In this document: in pieces, positions 38,336 through 49,356 of the stretch
Layout: each line of letters starts with the position of its first letter
Numbering within the stretch: the first letter of the stretch is position 1
Source: an uncultured Bacilli bacterium
GTDB lineage: Bacteria > Bacillota_I > Bacilli_A > RFN20 > CAG-826
DNA: 64,000 nt
Direction: 5' to 3'
Assembly (NCBI GenBank): GCA_947625975.1
Contig: CANQQL010000001.1
Span: forward strand, 10,833 to 74,832
The notes under the pieces: generated by a model
Databases searched by the model: none
Seen by the model: the letters and a program-made list of their open reading frames with translations, nothing else
What the model was told of the DNA's origin: nothing
Program-made: the position numbers and the translations under genes

Positions 38336-38933
38336 AATAGCTTTTAAAATAATTTAACACAGATAAATCATAATTGATTTCGGGATGATATTGAACGGCA
38401 TATATCATCCTTTTATTGTCCTCTATTTCTTCAATGACCATGTCTTTGCTTTGCGAAACAAGATGAAAATTTTTTGCTAATTGGTCGATACATTGATGAT
38501 GGAAGGAATTAGTGGTCTTACTTTCTAAGCCCTTGAAAATAAGGTGAGGGCCACAATGATTAGCAGGTATTTCTTTTAATGAACCACCAAAATAAACATT
38601 TAAGATTTGTAAACCACGACAAATGCCTAGAATAGGCTTATTATTTTTGGTCATATATTCAATGCATTTATACTCTAAAGCATCCAGTTGGTCATCAAAA
38701 TTTATTTTTTTATCAATTTTATTATATAAAAGAGGATTAATATCTCCGCCTCCAATTAAGATTAAACAATCAAGTTTGCTTATTAAATAGGTAGCATTAT
38801 TGATAGTTAAAAAAATCACAAGAAACCCATTGCTCTCCAAATAATTAAGATAACGCTTGTATATTCCTACGATTTCTTTGTGATTTTGAAAATAAGTGCG
38901 AATCGGAATTCCGGCAATCAGACAATTTTTCAT
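38328..38933 (-). CDS. class-I glutamine amidotransferase-like protein (peptidase C26/gamma-glutamyl hydrolase family)
   Basis: Nucleophile elbow GICRGLQILN and a downstream His region (YAVQYHPE). Confidence 0.7.
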   Translation of the reverse strand: MKNCLIAGIPIRTYFQNHKEIVGIYKRYLNYLESNGFLVIFLTINNATYLISKLDCLILIGGGDINPLLYNKIDKKINFDDQLDALEYKCIEYMTKNNKPILGICRGLQILNVYFGGSLKEIPANHCGPHLIFKGLESKTTNSFHHQCIDQLAKNFHLVSQSKDMVIEEIEDNKRMIYAVQYHPEINYDLSVLNYFKSYFK

Positions 38934-39039
38934 ATTAAATTAGATGATAATACTTGGAAAAAAATTACAAGAATAACTTGCATTAAAAGTTTCTAAATAT
39001 TGTTTGTAAAACATACATTAAAGTGTTAGGGGTGTTTTT

Positions 39040-40053
39040 ATGAATAAACAATACAAAGTTGCGGTTGTGGGAGGGCATGGCTTAGTTGCTAAAGCAATTA
39101 TAGCTGATTTGTTTCGGTATAATTTTCCCATTTCCGAACTTGTTGTGTATGGCTCGAAAGAGCATGCAACGGTAGATTTAAAAATAAATGGACATACTTA
39201 TCAAATCTTACCATTAGAAGCAAGCAATGTTAAGCACTATGATTTGGTCTTTTTTTCTTCAAGTGAAGATCTTTCCAATAAATATGCCACATTATTTATA
39301 GAAAAAGGTGCGCGTGTAATTGATAATTCCTCATATTATCGTGGTGATAAAAATGTACCATTGGTTATTCCGGAAATTAACGAAAGTGACTTATTAAATG
39401 AAAGTAAAATTTACGCTAACCCGAATTGTACGACTATTATGATGCTACTAGCGCTTTATCCACTTCACCAAGTATGCAAATTAGAAAAACTGAATATTTC
39501 CAGTTATCAATCTATCTCTGGAGCGGGTACTTTAGCTTTAGAAGAATATGTCAATGAAACGTTAGATACAAATTTTAGAGCTAAAATTTTACCGAGTAAT
39601 AATGCGGAAAAGAAGACAATTTATCATAATATTTTACCAGTTGTAGATAATTTTACCGTTGATGGTTATACCGGTGAAGAAATAAAAATAATTACCGAAA
39701 GTCAAAAAATATTACATATGAAAGAATTAGAGATTAATCCAACTTGTGTAAGAGTACCAACATTATATGGACATGGAATTACGATTTACGCACTTTGCCA
39801 AGAAAAAATCAATCTTGAAGAAATAAAAAAGATTTATCAAAAAGTTCCATATTTGAAATACAAAGAGATGCCGGATTATCCAGATTTAAAGGAAGTTATT
39901 GGGACGCCGATTGTTGAAGTTGGAAGATTTCGAGTAGATAAATTTTGTGAGTATACCCTAAATCTTTTTGCGACATCTGATAACTTAATTCGCGGTGCAA
40001 GTTATAATGCCGTCCAAATAGCTTTATCGTTAATTAAATTAGGAGTCTTATGA
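39040..40053 (+). CDS. asd: aspartate-semialdehyde dehydrogenase
   Basis: N-terminal Rossmann VAVVGGHGLV, active-site NPNCTTI, and a C-terminal dimerisation domain. Confidence 0.9.
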   Translation: MNKQYKVAVVGGHGLVAKAIIADLFRYNFPISELVVYGSKEHATVDLKINGHTYQILPLEASNVKHYDLVFFSSSEDLSNKYATLFIEKGARVIDNSSYYRGDKNVPLVIPEINESDLLNESKIYANPNCTTIMMLLALYPLHQVCKLEKLNISSYQSISGAGTLALEEYVNETLDTNFRAKILPSNNAEKKTIYHNILPVVDNFTVDGYTGEEIKIITESQKILHMKELEINPTCVRVPTLYGHGITIYALCQEKINLEEIKKIYQKVPYLKYKEMPDYPDLKEVIGTPIVEVGRFRVDKFCEYTLNLFATSDNLIRGASYNAVQIALSLIKLGVL

Positions 40054-40781
40054 TTTTTTACAAGTTACAAGCAAATGGGAATGATTTTATAGTTTTTTAT
40101 AACTCGCAAATACCCAAAAAAAATATTAAAAATTTATGTCGAAATCATTTTTCTATAGGTGCAGATGGAATAATTTTACTTAATAAAAGTAAAAATTATG
40201 ACTTAAACATGAGTATTTATAATTTTGATGGTAGTAGGGCTAAAATGTGTGGAAATGGTCTTAAAGTTGCAGCCTATTTTTTAAAAAATATTTTGCAAAA
40301 TAAAAAAGATGAATACCATATACTTGTCAATAAAAATGTCAAAGCAACAGTGGGATATGCCAACTCTCAATACTATGCTATATTAGATAAACCGAAATTT
40401 ATAAAGCGTGTTAACAATTATTATATTTATAATGTGGGAAATATTCATGCTATAAAACTAGTAGATTATATTTCTAAATCAACGCTGGTTAATGATAAAA
40501 AAAATAAAGAATTTGACGGAATGAATGTGACCAATGTAGCCCTTATCGATCACAAAAAGGCCAAAATTTTAACATTTGAAAATGGTGTTGGAATTACGAA
40601 TTCTTGTGGCAGTGCTTCATTATGTACATTTCAATATTTGCTAGATTTGAATAAAGTAGAAAATAAGATCGAATTTTTATCTTTGGGAGGAAGATATTCC
40701 GTAGAGAAAATGTGCGATAAACTATGCTTGTTTGGTAGAGTTAATTATGTTTATAAAGGAGAGTTAATAGATGAATATTGA
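40050..40781 (+). CDS. dapF: diaminopimelate epimerase-like protein
   Basis: LQANGNDFIVF start pattern and MCGNG / NSCGSAS cysteine motifs. Somewhat short (243 aa). Confidence 0.65.
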   Translation: MIFYKLQANGNDFIVFYNSQIPKKNIKNLCRNHFSIGADGIILLNKSKNYDLNMSIYNFDGSRAKMCGNGLKVAAYFLKNILQNKKDEYHILVNKNVKATVGYANSQYYAILDKPKFIKRVNNYYIYNVGNIHAIKLVDYISKSTLVNDKKNKEFDGMNVTNVALIDHKKAKILTFENGVGITNSCGSASLCTFQYLLDLNKVENKIEFLSLGGRYSVEKMCDKLCLFGRVNYVYKGELIDEY

Positions 40782-41943
40782 TAAACTAGTTATACCAGGA
40801 TATGAGGGAATATTTTATAATCGTTTTCAAGAATTACTTAATCAAAAAAGCAAGTATCAAGGCCCTTTTAAGTTAATGGATTTTGGTGTTGGGGAAGAAA
40901 AATCAATGCCAGATGAGAGAATCCTTTCCTCGTTTAATAACGCATTAAAAGAAAGTAAAAATCATAAGTATAGTGATAATGAGGCTAAAGAATTATTAGC
41001 AAGTGCCCAAAAGTATCTCCAAAGGAATTTTAATGTTCAGGTAGATGCGGATGAGTTAATGCACGTTATGGGAGCTAAATCAATCTTAGCAATGATACCT
41101 TCTCTTTTTATAAATAAGGGTGACTATGTAGTAACCCTTAAACCAAGTTATGTTATTTTAGAACGTGCGACAATCTTAAGAGAAGGTAAGATAGCGTATT
41201 TACCCTTAAAAGAAGAAAATCAATTTTATCCTAATCTCGATGATATAGGTGAAGATATTTGGCAAAAAACAAAAATATTAAATTTAAATTTTCCGCATAA
41301 TCCTACCGGAGCTACTGTAGATGAAAATTTTTACAAAAAAGCTATTGCTCTTGCAAGAAAATATAATTTTATTATTGTCAACGATGCTGCATATATTGGA
41401 ATATCTTATCATAAACCTGTTTCATTTTTATCAATAGAAGGGGCCAAAGAAGTAGGAATTGAGATTTTTACACTTTCAAAAAGTCATAATATGACAGGAT
41501 TTAGAATTGGTTTTGTAGCAGGCAACGCCAAGCTTATATCACTATTAAAACTATTAAAAAACAATTTTGATTCTGGTCAATATATTCCTATCCAACTTGC
41601 GGCTAAAACTGCCTTGGATTGTGATGATATCACAGAATCCTTGAAGAATAAATATCTAAGTCGCATGAAAAAAATTGCTATGATTTTATTTGAGCATGGC
41701 TTATATGCATATATACCCTATGGAACTTTTTATCTTTATGTAAAAATACCTTCAAGAATTAAAGATACGACATTTAAAACTGCGCAAGAATTTGCAGAAT
41801 TTTTACTTGAACGCGTTGGAATTATGTTAATTCCTTATGATGATGAAGGGCACTATGTGCGCTTATCCATGACTTTTGAGTGCGCTGATGAGAAAGCATT
41901 CTATGAAGATTTGCGAACTCGCTTAAATTTGATTTTCTTTTAA
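40771..41943 (+). CDS. PLP-dependent aminotransferase, class I/II (LL-diaminopimelate aminotransferase-like by context)
   Basis: PLP-lysine block FTLSKSHNMTGFRIG and NPTGA motif. Adjacent to asd-dapF. Confidence 0.7.
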   Translation: MNIDKLVIPGYEGIFYNRFQELLNQKSKYQGPFKLMDFGVGEEKSMPDERILSSFNNALKESKNHKYSDNEAKELLASAQKYLQRNFNVQVDADELMHVMGAKSILAMIPSLFINKGDYVVTLKPSYVILERATILREGKIAYLPLKEENQFYPNLDDIGEDIWQKTKILNLNFPHNPTGATVDENFYKKAIALARKYNFIIVNDAAYIGISYHKPVSFLSIEGAKEVGIEIFTLSKSHNMTGFRIGFVAGNAKLISLLKLLKNNFDSGQYIPIQLAAKTALDCDDITESLKNKYLSRMKKIAMILFEHGLYAYIPYGTFYLYVKIPSRIKDTTFKTAQEFAEFLLERVGIMLIPYDDEGHYVRLSMTFECADEKAFYEDLRTRLNLIFF

Positions 41944-42016
41944 TACTAAAATAACCAGCAATTTTAAATATTTAACATATACCTCTCTGAAACATAATTG
42001 TCCAAGGGAGGTTTTT

Positions 42017-42049
42017 ATGTTTATGGCGATAAATTTTTACTATTTATAA
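42017..42049 (+). CDS. 10-codon leader ORF (MFMAINFYYL) with consensus SD, upstream of the ABC exporter
   Basis: AAGGGAGGT-ttttt-ATG. The SD can pair with an upstream anti-SD-like ACCTCTC (41981-41987). A 235-nt structured AT-rich UTR follows before the ABC gene. Confidence 0.3.
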   Translation: MFMAINFYYL

Positions 42050-42284
42050 TTATCTAAATGAAAAAATAGTTTATTCCAAGTGTAAAAGTCTAAAATAATA
42101 ATAAATTTGAAAAAAATACGATAAAACTAATAATTCATTTATTTTAAATGAATTTATTGCTACAATTTATTCGGTGAGTATGTAATAAAAAACATATTAT
42201 CGTGCGTACATCTTAAAGTTAAATAAGTTGAAATTAACTACTAAGAATTTTGTTTATTCTCGGATTGATGAAAGGTGATTTTGG

Positions 42285-44018
42285 TTGTTTAAGTTATTTA
42301 AAAAATATTTAAAGCCCTATTTAGCAGGTGTTATTGCTGGTCCAGTCTTTAAACTTTTAGAGGCTATTTTTGAATTGATTGTACCTCTTATTGTTAAAAA
42401 TATAATAGATGTAGGTCTCAAAAATATGGCCGGAAGAGATTATATTCTAAAGCAAGGATTAATTTTATTAGCATTAGCAGTCATTGGCTTTGCCACGACG
42501 ATGATTTGCCAATACATTGCTTGTCGTATTGCCGCTAAATATCGCTATGATCTTGATAAAGATCTCTATCATAAAGTAAATTCTTTATCATTAAAAGATT
42601 TTGAAAGTTTAGGTGTGTCATCTTTGCAAACTAGGATAAATAATGATGTTTTAATTACGCAGCGTGGGGTAGCAATGTTAATACGTCTTGTTGTGCGGGC
42701 ACCTTTAATTTTAATAGGTGGGACGGTCATGGCATTTATTATTTCCCCAAAACTCGGCATTATTTTTATTGTAGCAGGCTTAGTTATCGGACTTATTTTA
42801 ATTTTTATTTCTAAAGTATCTCTTCCTTATAATAAACGTATTCAAAATGATTTAGATGTGGCAACAAATATTACAAAAGAAAATCTCGAAGGAACACGAG
42901 TGATTCGTGCTTTTAATAAACAAAATTATGAAAAGAACAGATTTTATCAAACTGTTGATACTATTGAGAAAGAATCTTCACATCTTGTATTATTCTCATC
43001 ACTTTTAAATCCACTAGTTACCATAATTACAAATGTGGGAATTATACTTATATGTTATTTTGGCTCCTTTGATGTCAGTAATGGTTTATTGACGCAAGGT
43101 GAAATTTCTTCGCTTATTAATTACATGGTGCAAATTTCTTTGGCAGTTGTAGTTGTAGGAGATTTAGTAGTTGTATTTTCGAAAACCAGTGCAGCGGCGC
43201 AAAGGATTAATGAAGTACTAGAAATGAATGCAAAAATTGCAAGTGGAGATAAAATTCCCTTGAATCAAAAAGAAATCGTTAAGTTTGAAAATGTTTATTT
43301 TTCTTATAATGATAATAACTCTTATGCTTTAAAAGACATTAATTTTACGGTACAAAAAGGTGAAGTCATTGGTCTAATAGGTAGCACTGGAAGTGGAAAA
43401 TCGACGATTATAAATTTGCTAGATCGACTTTATGAAATTACTAAAGGTAAAATATTTGTCAATGGTTTAGCAATTAATGAATATAATTTAGAAAAATTGC
43501 GTGAGCAAATTGCTATTGTTCATCAAAAATCATCTTTATTTAAAGGTACAATACGTTCAAATTTATTATTTGCTAATCAAAACGCAAGTGAAGAGGATAT
43601 GTTCCAAGCCTTATCAACAGCACAGGCGTTAGATATCGTTTTAAATAAAGAGAATAAATTAGATAGCATTGTCGAAGAAAATGGCAAAAATTTCTCGGGG
43701 GGACAAAGACAGCGGTTATGCATTGCGAGAGCGTTAGTCAAAAAACCTCAAATACTTGTTTTAGATGACTCTTCAAGTGCTTTGGATTATAAAACAGATT
43801 TAAATTTAAGAACTGCCATAAAAAAGGACTATAAAAACACAACCTTATTTCTTATTTCGCAGCGTCCTAATACTTTAAGATATGCCGATAAAATTATTGT
43901 TTTAGAAGAAGGTTGTATTGCGGGAATAGGAAAGCATGAAGAGCTTTTGCATAACTGTGAAGTATATAAAGAAATATGTGATTCGCAAGACTATAAAGGA
44001 TGTGATAGTCATGAATAG
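42285..44018 (+). CDS. ABC transporter permease/ATP-binding protein (exporter half-transporter 1 of a heterodimer)
   Basis: 6-TM domain, Walker A GSTGSGKST, signature FSGGQRQR and Walker B ILVLDD. TTG start with RBS GAAAGGTGA. Confidence 0.85.
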   Translation: MFKLFKKYLKPYLAGVIAGPVFKLLEAIFELIVPLIVKNIIDVGLKNMAGRDYILKQGLILLALAVIGFATTMICQYIACRIAAKYRYDLDKDLYHKVNSLSLKDFESLGVSSLQTRINNDVLITQRGVAMLIRLVVRAPLILIGGTVMAFIISPKLGIIFIVAGLVIGLILIFISKVSLPYNKRIQNDLDVATNITKENLEGTRVIRAFNKQNYEKNRFYQTVDTIEKESSHLVLFSSLLNPLVTIITNVGIILICYFGSFDVSNGLLTQGEISSLINYMVQISLAVVVVGDLVVVFSKTSAAAQRINEVLEMNAKIASGDKIPLNQKEIVKFENVYFSYNDNNSYALKDINFTVQKGEVIGLIGSTGSGKSTIINLLDRLYEITKGKIFVNGLAINEYNLEKLREQIAIVHQKSSLFKGTIRSNLLFANQNASEEDMFQALSTAQALDIVLNKENKLDSIVEENGKNFSGGQRQRLCIARALVKKPQILVLDDSSSALDYKTDLNLRTAIKKDYKNTTLFLISQRPNTLRYADKIIVLEEGCIAGIGKHEELLHNCEVYKEICDSQDYKGCDSHE

Positions 44019-45747
44019 GCATAAAACTTCGAAAATTTTTATCCATATTTTTAAAGAACACATTCTGTCTTTAATACTATGCATTAGTTTAGCCTTACTA
44101 TTTGTCCTTTCAACAATTTCCTTTACTATTATCACAGGTCGCATTGTGGATATTTTACAAGGTATTAACAATGTTGATTTTCTGGCATTACGAAAAAACT
44201 TAATTATTTTAATTCTCTCTGCTTTAGTAGCTTTAGTGTCAGAATGGGGCTTACGATTTATTTCTTCCAAAATGTGTTACAGAATTGTTAGTAACTTAAG
44301 AAAGCAGGCAATGGATAAATTCTTAACTGTTAATATTTCTTATATAGATACCCACGAACATGGTAATTTAATTACCGCAGTTATCACGGATATTGATATT
44401 ATATCTGATGGATTAATGCAATTGTTCCAAAAATTATTTACGGGAGTTTTGACTATTATTTTAACCCTGATAATTATGATATATCTTTGTTATCCTCTTG
44501 CTTTAGTAGTTTTTTTACTTACCCCACTCTCGCTTTTATTTTCTTTCATTATTGCTAAAAAATCGAAAAAAATCTTTCGCTTACAATCGGAAATTAAAGG
44601 AAAAATGGGTGGCTTTCTAAATGAAAATCTGACCAATCAAAAAATAATTTTGTCTTATGGAAATGAAAGACTAAAAGAAGAAGAATATGAAAAAATTAAC
44701 CGCGATTATTTAGATGTTAACTTTCAAGCCGAAATGATTGCCGCATTCATTAATCCGACAACACGTTTGATTAACGCTGTTATTTATGCAACACTAGCCA
44801 TTATTGGGGGTATTTTTGTGATAAATGGTCATTTTCATTTAAGCACGGGCATTTTAGTATCTTTTTTACTTTTTGCTAATCATTACACAAAGCCTTTTAA
44901 TGAAATTTCAAATGTTATATCCGATCTTCAAACCACATTTGCTTCAATGAATCGTGTAGAAAGAATTTTAGATGAAAAGAACATTATTGATGATAGGGGA
45001 AAGAAATTATTTAAGTATAAAGACGGAACTATCAAAGTAAAAGATGTAGATTTTTCTTATGATCAGGATCACTTAATTTTAAAGAAAATAAACTTTGTAA
45101 TAAAACCGAAACAAAAAGTGGCAATTGTCGGCACTACCGGATGTGGGAAAACAACGCTTATTAATTTAATAATGCGCTTTTATAATCAAGATAAGGGAAA
45201 TATTTTTGTCTCTAATCAAAATGTATTGGAAGTAAATCGTGATACACTTCGCGAACACTTTGGTATGGTATTACAAGATACATGGATATTTAGAGGAACT
45301 ATTAGAGATAATATTCGCTATGCTAAACTGGAGGCAAGTGATGAGGAGATTATTCAGGCAAGTAAAAAGGCCAAAGCGCATAATTTCATTATGCAACTGA
45401 AAGACGGCTATGACACAATTGTAAGCGATGACGAAGGACTATCTAATGGTCAGAAGCAGTTAATATGCATAGCACGATTGTTTTTGGCAAAACCAGAAAT
45501 GTTAATTTTAGATGAAGCAACTTCAAGTATTGATACCAGAACGGAACTACTTATTCAAAAAGGATTTGATGAGGTTATGAATGATAAAACCTCAATTATA
45601 ATAGCCCATCGTTTATCGACAATCCGTAATGCTGATTTAATTCTTGTTATGGATGATGGGAAAATCATCGAGCAAGGAAAACACGAAGAATTATTAAAAC
45701 ATAAAGGATTTTATTATGAACTATATAACGCTCAATTTAAACAATGA
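44011..45747 (+). CDS. ABC transporter permease/ATP-binding protein (half-transporter 2)
   Basis: Walker A GTTGCGKTT, signature LSNGQKQL and Walker B ILILDEATS. Start chosen at ATG 44011, overlapping the upstream stop. Confidence 0.85.
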   Translation: MNRHKTSKIFIHIFKEHILSLILCISLALLFVLSTISFTIITGRIVDILQGINNVDFLALRKNLIILILSALVALVSEWGLRFISSKMCYRIVSNLRKQAMDKFLTVNISYIDTHEHGNLITAVITDIDIISDGLMQLFQKLFTGVLTIILTLIIMIYLCYPLALVVFLLTPLSLLFSFIIAKKSKKIFRLQSEIKGKMGGFLNENLTNQKIILSYGNERLKEEEYEKINRDYLDVNFQAEMIAAFINPTTRLINAVIYATLAIIGGIFVINGHFHLSTGILVSFLLFANHYTKPFNEISNVISDLQTTFASMNRVERILDEKNIIDDRGKKLFKYKDGTIKVKDVDFSYDQDHLILKKINFVIKPKQKVAIVGTTGCGKTTLINLIMRFYNQDKGNIFVSNQNVLEVNRDTLREHFGMVLQDTWIFRGTIRDNIRYAKLEASDEEIIQASKKAKAHNFIMQLKDGYDTIVSDDEGLSNGQKQLICIARLFLAKPEMLILDEATSSIDTRTELLIQKGFDEVMNDKTSIIIAHRLSTIRNADLILVMDDGKIIEQGKHEELLKHKGFYYELYNAQFKQ

Positions 45748-45792
45748 ATATGGAAAAAGGGTTGATTTATCAAAATCAATCCTTTTTCCTTA

Positions 45793-46260
45793 TTAGTATG
45801 TAATAATTTCTTTTATAAATGCAAAACCTTCTTCAATTGTGGGTTTTACAATTGTGCTTGCATAACTTTCCACTTTATCTAATGGAAAGAAATGTTCGCC
45901 GGGAACTAAATTACGCTTTTCAATGCGTTGATAACAAATATTCGCGGGAGTTGGAAAAAAATATGCTCCGACCTGAAATTTAGTATGGGGAATTCGCTCA
46001 TTTAATTTTTCAAAAAATCTTGCCCGAACTTTAGGAGTAGGGCTAGTAGCGTCGTAAATTACATCATGACCAAAAGTAATTTCTTCGGCGAGTCGGCGAT
46101 ATACTTCCGGCCAAACAAGATCCTCACTCCAATCAGGATGCTCCAATCTTACTCCGTCAGATGTAACGACTTTACAATTTAATTCCTTTACTAAAACATT
46201 GTTAGCATAAGTTGATTTTCCGGATCCGGGAATACCGACCAACATATGGACAGTAACCAT
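45793..46260 (-). CDS. small P-loop kinase-like ATPase (AAA_33-like)
   Basis: MVTVHMLVGIPGSGKST Walker A at the N-terminus. Start chosen at the internal Met (RBS GAGGTAAAGG). Confidence 0.55.
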   Translation of the reverse strand: MVTVHMLVGIPGSGKSTYANNVLVKELNCKVVTSDGVRLEHPDWSEDLVWPEVYRRLAEEITFGHDVIYDATSPTPKVRARFFEKLNERIPHTKFQVGAYFFPTPANICYQRIEKRNLVPGEHFFPLDKVESYASTIVKPTIEEGFAFIKEIITY

Positions 46261-46431
46261 TGCCTTTACCTCAACTTCCTTAATATTTGTGAAATTGGAC
46301 TTCACATACTAATGTTATCGATAAATCATAGTTTTAACAATAACATTTTGTATATTTTTTTTGAAAATGCTTTCATAAAAATGTTAATTAAATAATATCA
46401 AGATTTTTTATATTTTAGAGCGAAAATTGTC

Positions 46432-46460
46432 TTGACATTAGTTTTGCCAAAAGCAATAAT
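46432..46460 (+). promoter_or_regulatory. sigma-A-type promoter for the leuS leader (TTGACA-17-AATAAT)
   Basis: TTGACA at 46432-46437 and AATAAT at 46455-46460. Confidence 0.45.
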
Positions 46461-46466
46461 AATTTT

Positions 46467-46658
46467 AGCGAAAGCAATAATTAATCGTTTAATTTTATAG
46501 AGAGTTATTGGATGGTGAAAAATAACAATTAAAGGTTAAGTCTCAGCTTAAACAATCGCTCGTTGCTGGCGTTAACAAGAAAGAAAGTGTATATCAGATT
46601 TTGATATAAATTAAGGTGGTACCGCGTAATATACGTCCTTAAGTTTAAGGGCGTTTTT
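46467..46658 (+). promoter_or_regulatory. T-box riboswitch leader (Leu, candidate specifier CUC) with intrinsic terminator
   Basis: Canonical T-box AATTAAGGTGGTACCGCG at 46609-46626. Terminator hairpin CGTCCTTAA...TTAAGGGCG plus TTTTT at 46634-46658. Stem-I AGAGA at 46500-46504 and a CUC-A at 46542-46545. Confidence 0.7.
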
Positions 46659-46677
46659 ATATTTTAAGGAGGAAACA

Positions 46678-49074
46678 ATGAGTTACGATTTTAGCAATAT
46701 TGAAAAAAAATGGCAAAAATATTGGGAAGATAATCAGACCTTCAAAACAGATGTTTATGATTTTTCTAAACCAAAATTTTATGTATTGGATATGTTTCCT
46801 TATCCTTCAGGTGTAGGACTTCATGCTGGTCATCCTGAGGGATATACAGCGACAGATATTGTCGCAAGGATGAAAAGAATGCAAGGTTATAATGTCTTGC
46901 ATCCAATGGGCTATGACTCTTTTGGACTTCCGGCGGAACAATATGCGATAAAAACCGGTAATCATCCGGAAGGATTTACCAAGCAAAACATTGAAAATTT
47001 TACTAAACAGTTAAAAGAACTTGGCTTTGACTATGATTGGTCAAAGATGATTGTTACAAGTGATCCTAAATATTATAAGTGGACACAATGGATTTTTAAA
47101 CAGTTATATCTCGATGGTTACGCCAAATACATTGATATGCCTGTAAATTGGTGTGAAGAACTGGGTACAGTTTTATCAAACGATGAAGTAATCGATGGCA
47201 AGTCAGAAAGAGGAGGCTATCCAGTTGTTCGCAAGAATCTAAAGCAATGGGTTATTGATCAGGCTGCTTTTGGTGATGAATTACTAGATGGTTTAAATCG
47301 CGTTGATTGGCCGGAGTCCACTAAAGAAATGCAAAGAAACTGGATTGGAAAAAGCGAGGGTGCTTTAGTTGATTTCCAAGTAAAAGGTACTAAAGAAAAA
47401 TTTACGGTCTTTACAACCCGTTGCGATACGCTTTTTGGCGCTACATATTGTGTTCTTTCGCCAGAACATGAGTTGGTAAATAAAATAACTACTACTTGCC
47501 AAAAAAAGCAAGTAGAACAATACATAAAAGAAGCTGCTAGAAAATCAGAATTGGAAAGAACTTCTTTAAATAAAGAAAAAACTGGTTGTTTTGTAGGTAG
47601 TTTTGCAATTAATCCTGTCAATGGAAAAGAAATACCAATTTATATTTCTGATTATGTTTTAGCAAGCTATGGCACAGGTGCAATAATGGCTGTTCCTGCT
47701 CATGATGAAAGAGATTATGCTTTTGCTAAGAAATTCGGTATTGAAATTATTCCGGTTCTTGAAGGCGGAGATATTAGTAAAGAAGCGTTTACCGGAGATG
47801 GCAAGCATATAAATTCAGATTTCTTAAATGGATTAAATAAAGAAGATGCCATTAAGAAAATGTTAGACTTTTTAAAAGAGCACAAAATAGGTGAAAAGAA
47901 AATTAATTTTAAATTTCGTGAATGGATTTTTGCTCGTCAACGTTATTGGGGTGAACCAGTTCCTGTCGTACATATGGAAGATGGTACGATTTATGCTTTA
48001 CCCGATGAAGAACTTCCATTGGTTTTGCCGGAATTAAGTGATTATAAGGGAAAAAACGGTAAGGCTCCACTTGAAAATGCCAGCGAATGGAAAAAATATG
48101 AAAATGGAAGTAAAAAGGGTATAAGAGAAACTTCTACAATGCCCGGATCAGCGGGGTCAAGTTGGTACTTTATGCGCTATGTGGATCCAAACAACGATAA
48201 AGAATTTGGTGATAAAAAGTTACTTGATCATTGGTTGCCGGTTGACTTATATATCGGTGGTCCAGAGCATGTTGCCGGTCACTTAATTTACTCACGCATC
48301 TGGACTAAATATTTGCACTCTAAAGGATATATTTCTTTTGATGAACCTTTTAAAAAGCTTGTTCATCAAGGTATGATTTTAGGAAGTAATGGCATTAAGA
48401 TGGGAAAAAGATTTCCGGAGTTTGTCATAAATCCTAGTGATATTGTTAAGCAATATGGTGCGGACACTTTAAGATTGTATGAAATGTTTATGGGTCCATT
48501 AGAGGCCAGTAAACCATGGAGCAATCAAGGTGTAGAAGGTGCACATAAATTTTTGGAGCGTGTTTATCGCATTATTGTTGAAGCAAATATTATTTGTGAG
48601 GAAAATGTCAATGAGTTAGAAATAATTTATCATCAAACTGTGAAAAAAGTTACCGATGACTTTGAAAAGCTTTCTTTTAACACGGCAATATCTCAAATGA
48701 TGATTTTTATTAACGAAATATATCGTGTCAATAAACTTCCGCGACCTTATGCAGAAGGATTTGTGAAAATGTTGTCTTGCGTAACTCCTCATATTGGGGA
48801 AGAAATGTGGCAATTATTAGGGCATTCTAATACCATAGCCTATGAAAAATGGCCGACATTTGATGAAAACAAACTAGTCAAGCAAGAATTGGTTATGGCA
48901 ATACAAGTAAATGGAAAACTTCGTGATACCATAAAGGTTGCTATTTCTACCTCTGAAGAAGAAATTAAAGAATTAGCGTTAAAATCTGAGAGTGTTCAAA
49001 AGCATATAAAAGGTTTAACGATTAGAAAAATCATTGTAATTAAAAATAAAATTGTTAGCATCGTAGCAAATTAA
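46678..49074 (+). CDS. leuS: leucyl-tRNA synthetase
   Basis: HAGH motif (LHAGHPEGY) and KMSKS-like KMGKRF, with editing and anticodon-binding regions. 798 aa. Confidence 0.95.
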   Translation: MSYDFSNIEKKWQKYWEDNQTFKTDVYDFSKPKFYVLDMFPYPSGVGLHAGHPEGYTATDIVARMKRMQGYNVLHPMGYDSFGLPAEQYAIKTGNHPEGFTKQNIENFTKQLKELGFDYDWSKMIVTSDPKYYKWTQWIFKQLYLDGYAKYIDMPVNWCEELGTVLSNDEVIDGKSERGGYPVVRKNLKQWVIDQAAFGDELLDGLNRVDWPESTKEMQRNWIGKSEGALVDFQVKGTKEKFTVFTTRCDTLFGATYCVLSPEHELVNKITTTCQKKQVEQYIKEAARKSELERTSLNKEKTGCFVGSFAINPVNGKEIPIYISDYVLASYGTGAIMAVPAHDERDYAFAKKFGIEIIPVLEGGDISKEAFTGDGKHINSDFLNGLNKEDAIKKMLDFLKEHKIGEKKINFKFREWIFARQRYWGEPVPVVHMEDGTIYALPDEELPLVLPELSDYKGKNGKAPLENASEWKKYENGSKKGIRETSTMPGSAGSSWYFMRYVDPNNDKEFGDKKLLDHWLPVDLYIGGPEHVAGHLIYSRIWTKYLHSKGYISFDEPFKKLVHQGMILGSNGIKMGKRFPEFVINPSDIVKQYGADTLRLYEMFMGPLEASKPWSNQGVEGAHKFLERVYRIIVEANIICEENVNELEIIYHQTVKKVTDDFEKLSFNTAISQMMIFINEIYRVNKLPRPYAEGFVKMLSCVTPHIGEEMWQLLGHSNTIAYEKWPTFDENKLVKQELVMAIQVNGKLRDTIKVAISTSEEEIKELALKSESVQKHIKGLTIRKIIVIKNKIVSIVAN

Positions 49075-49087
49075 AAAATTGAAATTG

Positions 49088-49118
49088 GAGGCTATTAGGT
49101 AATAGCCTCTTTTTTTTG
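49088..49118 (+). terminator. rho-independent terminator after leuS
   Basis: GAGGCTATT-aggt-AATAGCCTC followed by TTTTTTTT. Confidence 0.8.
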
Positions 49119-49164
49119 ACAAAAAATTCATTGTAAAGAATTTAGCATAATTATGGTGATTTTT

Positions 49165-49356
49165 ATGTTAAATGTGGCGGTTTTTGATGAAGAAAACGAG
49201 GAAGATTTAGAAAGTGAAATAAATGAATTCTTAGGAGCACTGCCAGAGAATAGCTTTATTGATTTAAAATTTGCAACTTCACATTTTTTCACGCACGAAG
49301 GTGAGCAAATTTTTTCCTATTCTGCAATAATTGTTTATAAGGTAATTCGAAATTAA
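49165..49356 (+). CDS. small acidic hypothetical protein (63 aa)
   Basis: SD-like TGGTGAT 5 nt upstream of ATG 49165. MLNVAVFDEENEEDLESEINEFLGALPENSF... Confidence 0.3.
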   Translation: MLNVAVFDEENEEDLESEINEFLGALPENSFIDLKFATSHFFTHEGEQIFSYSAIIVYKVIRN

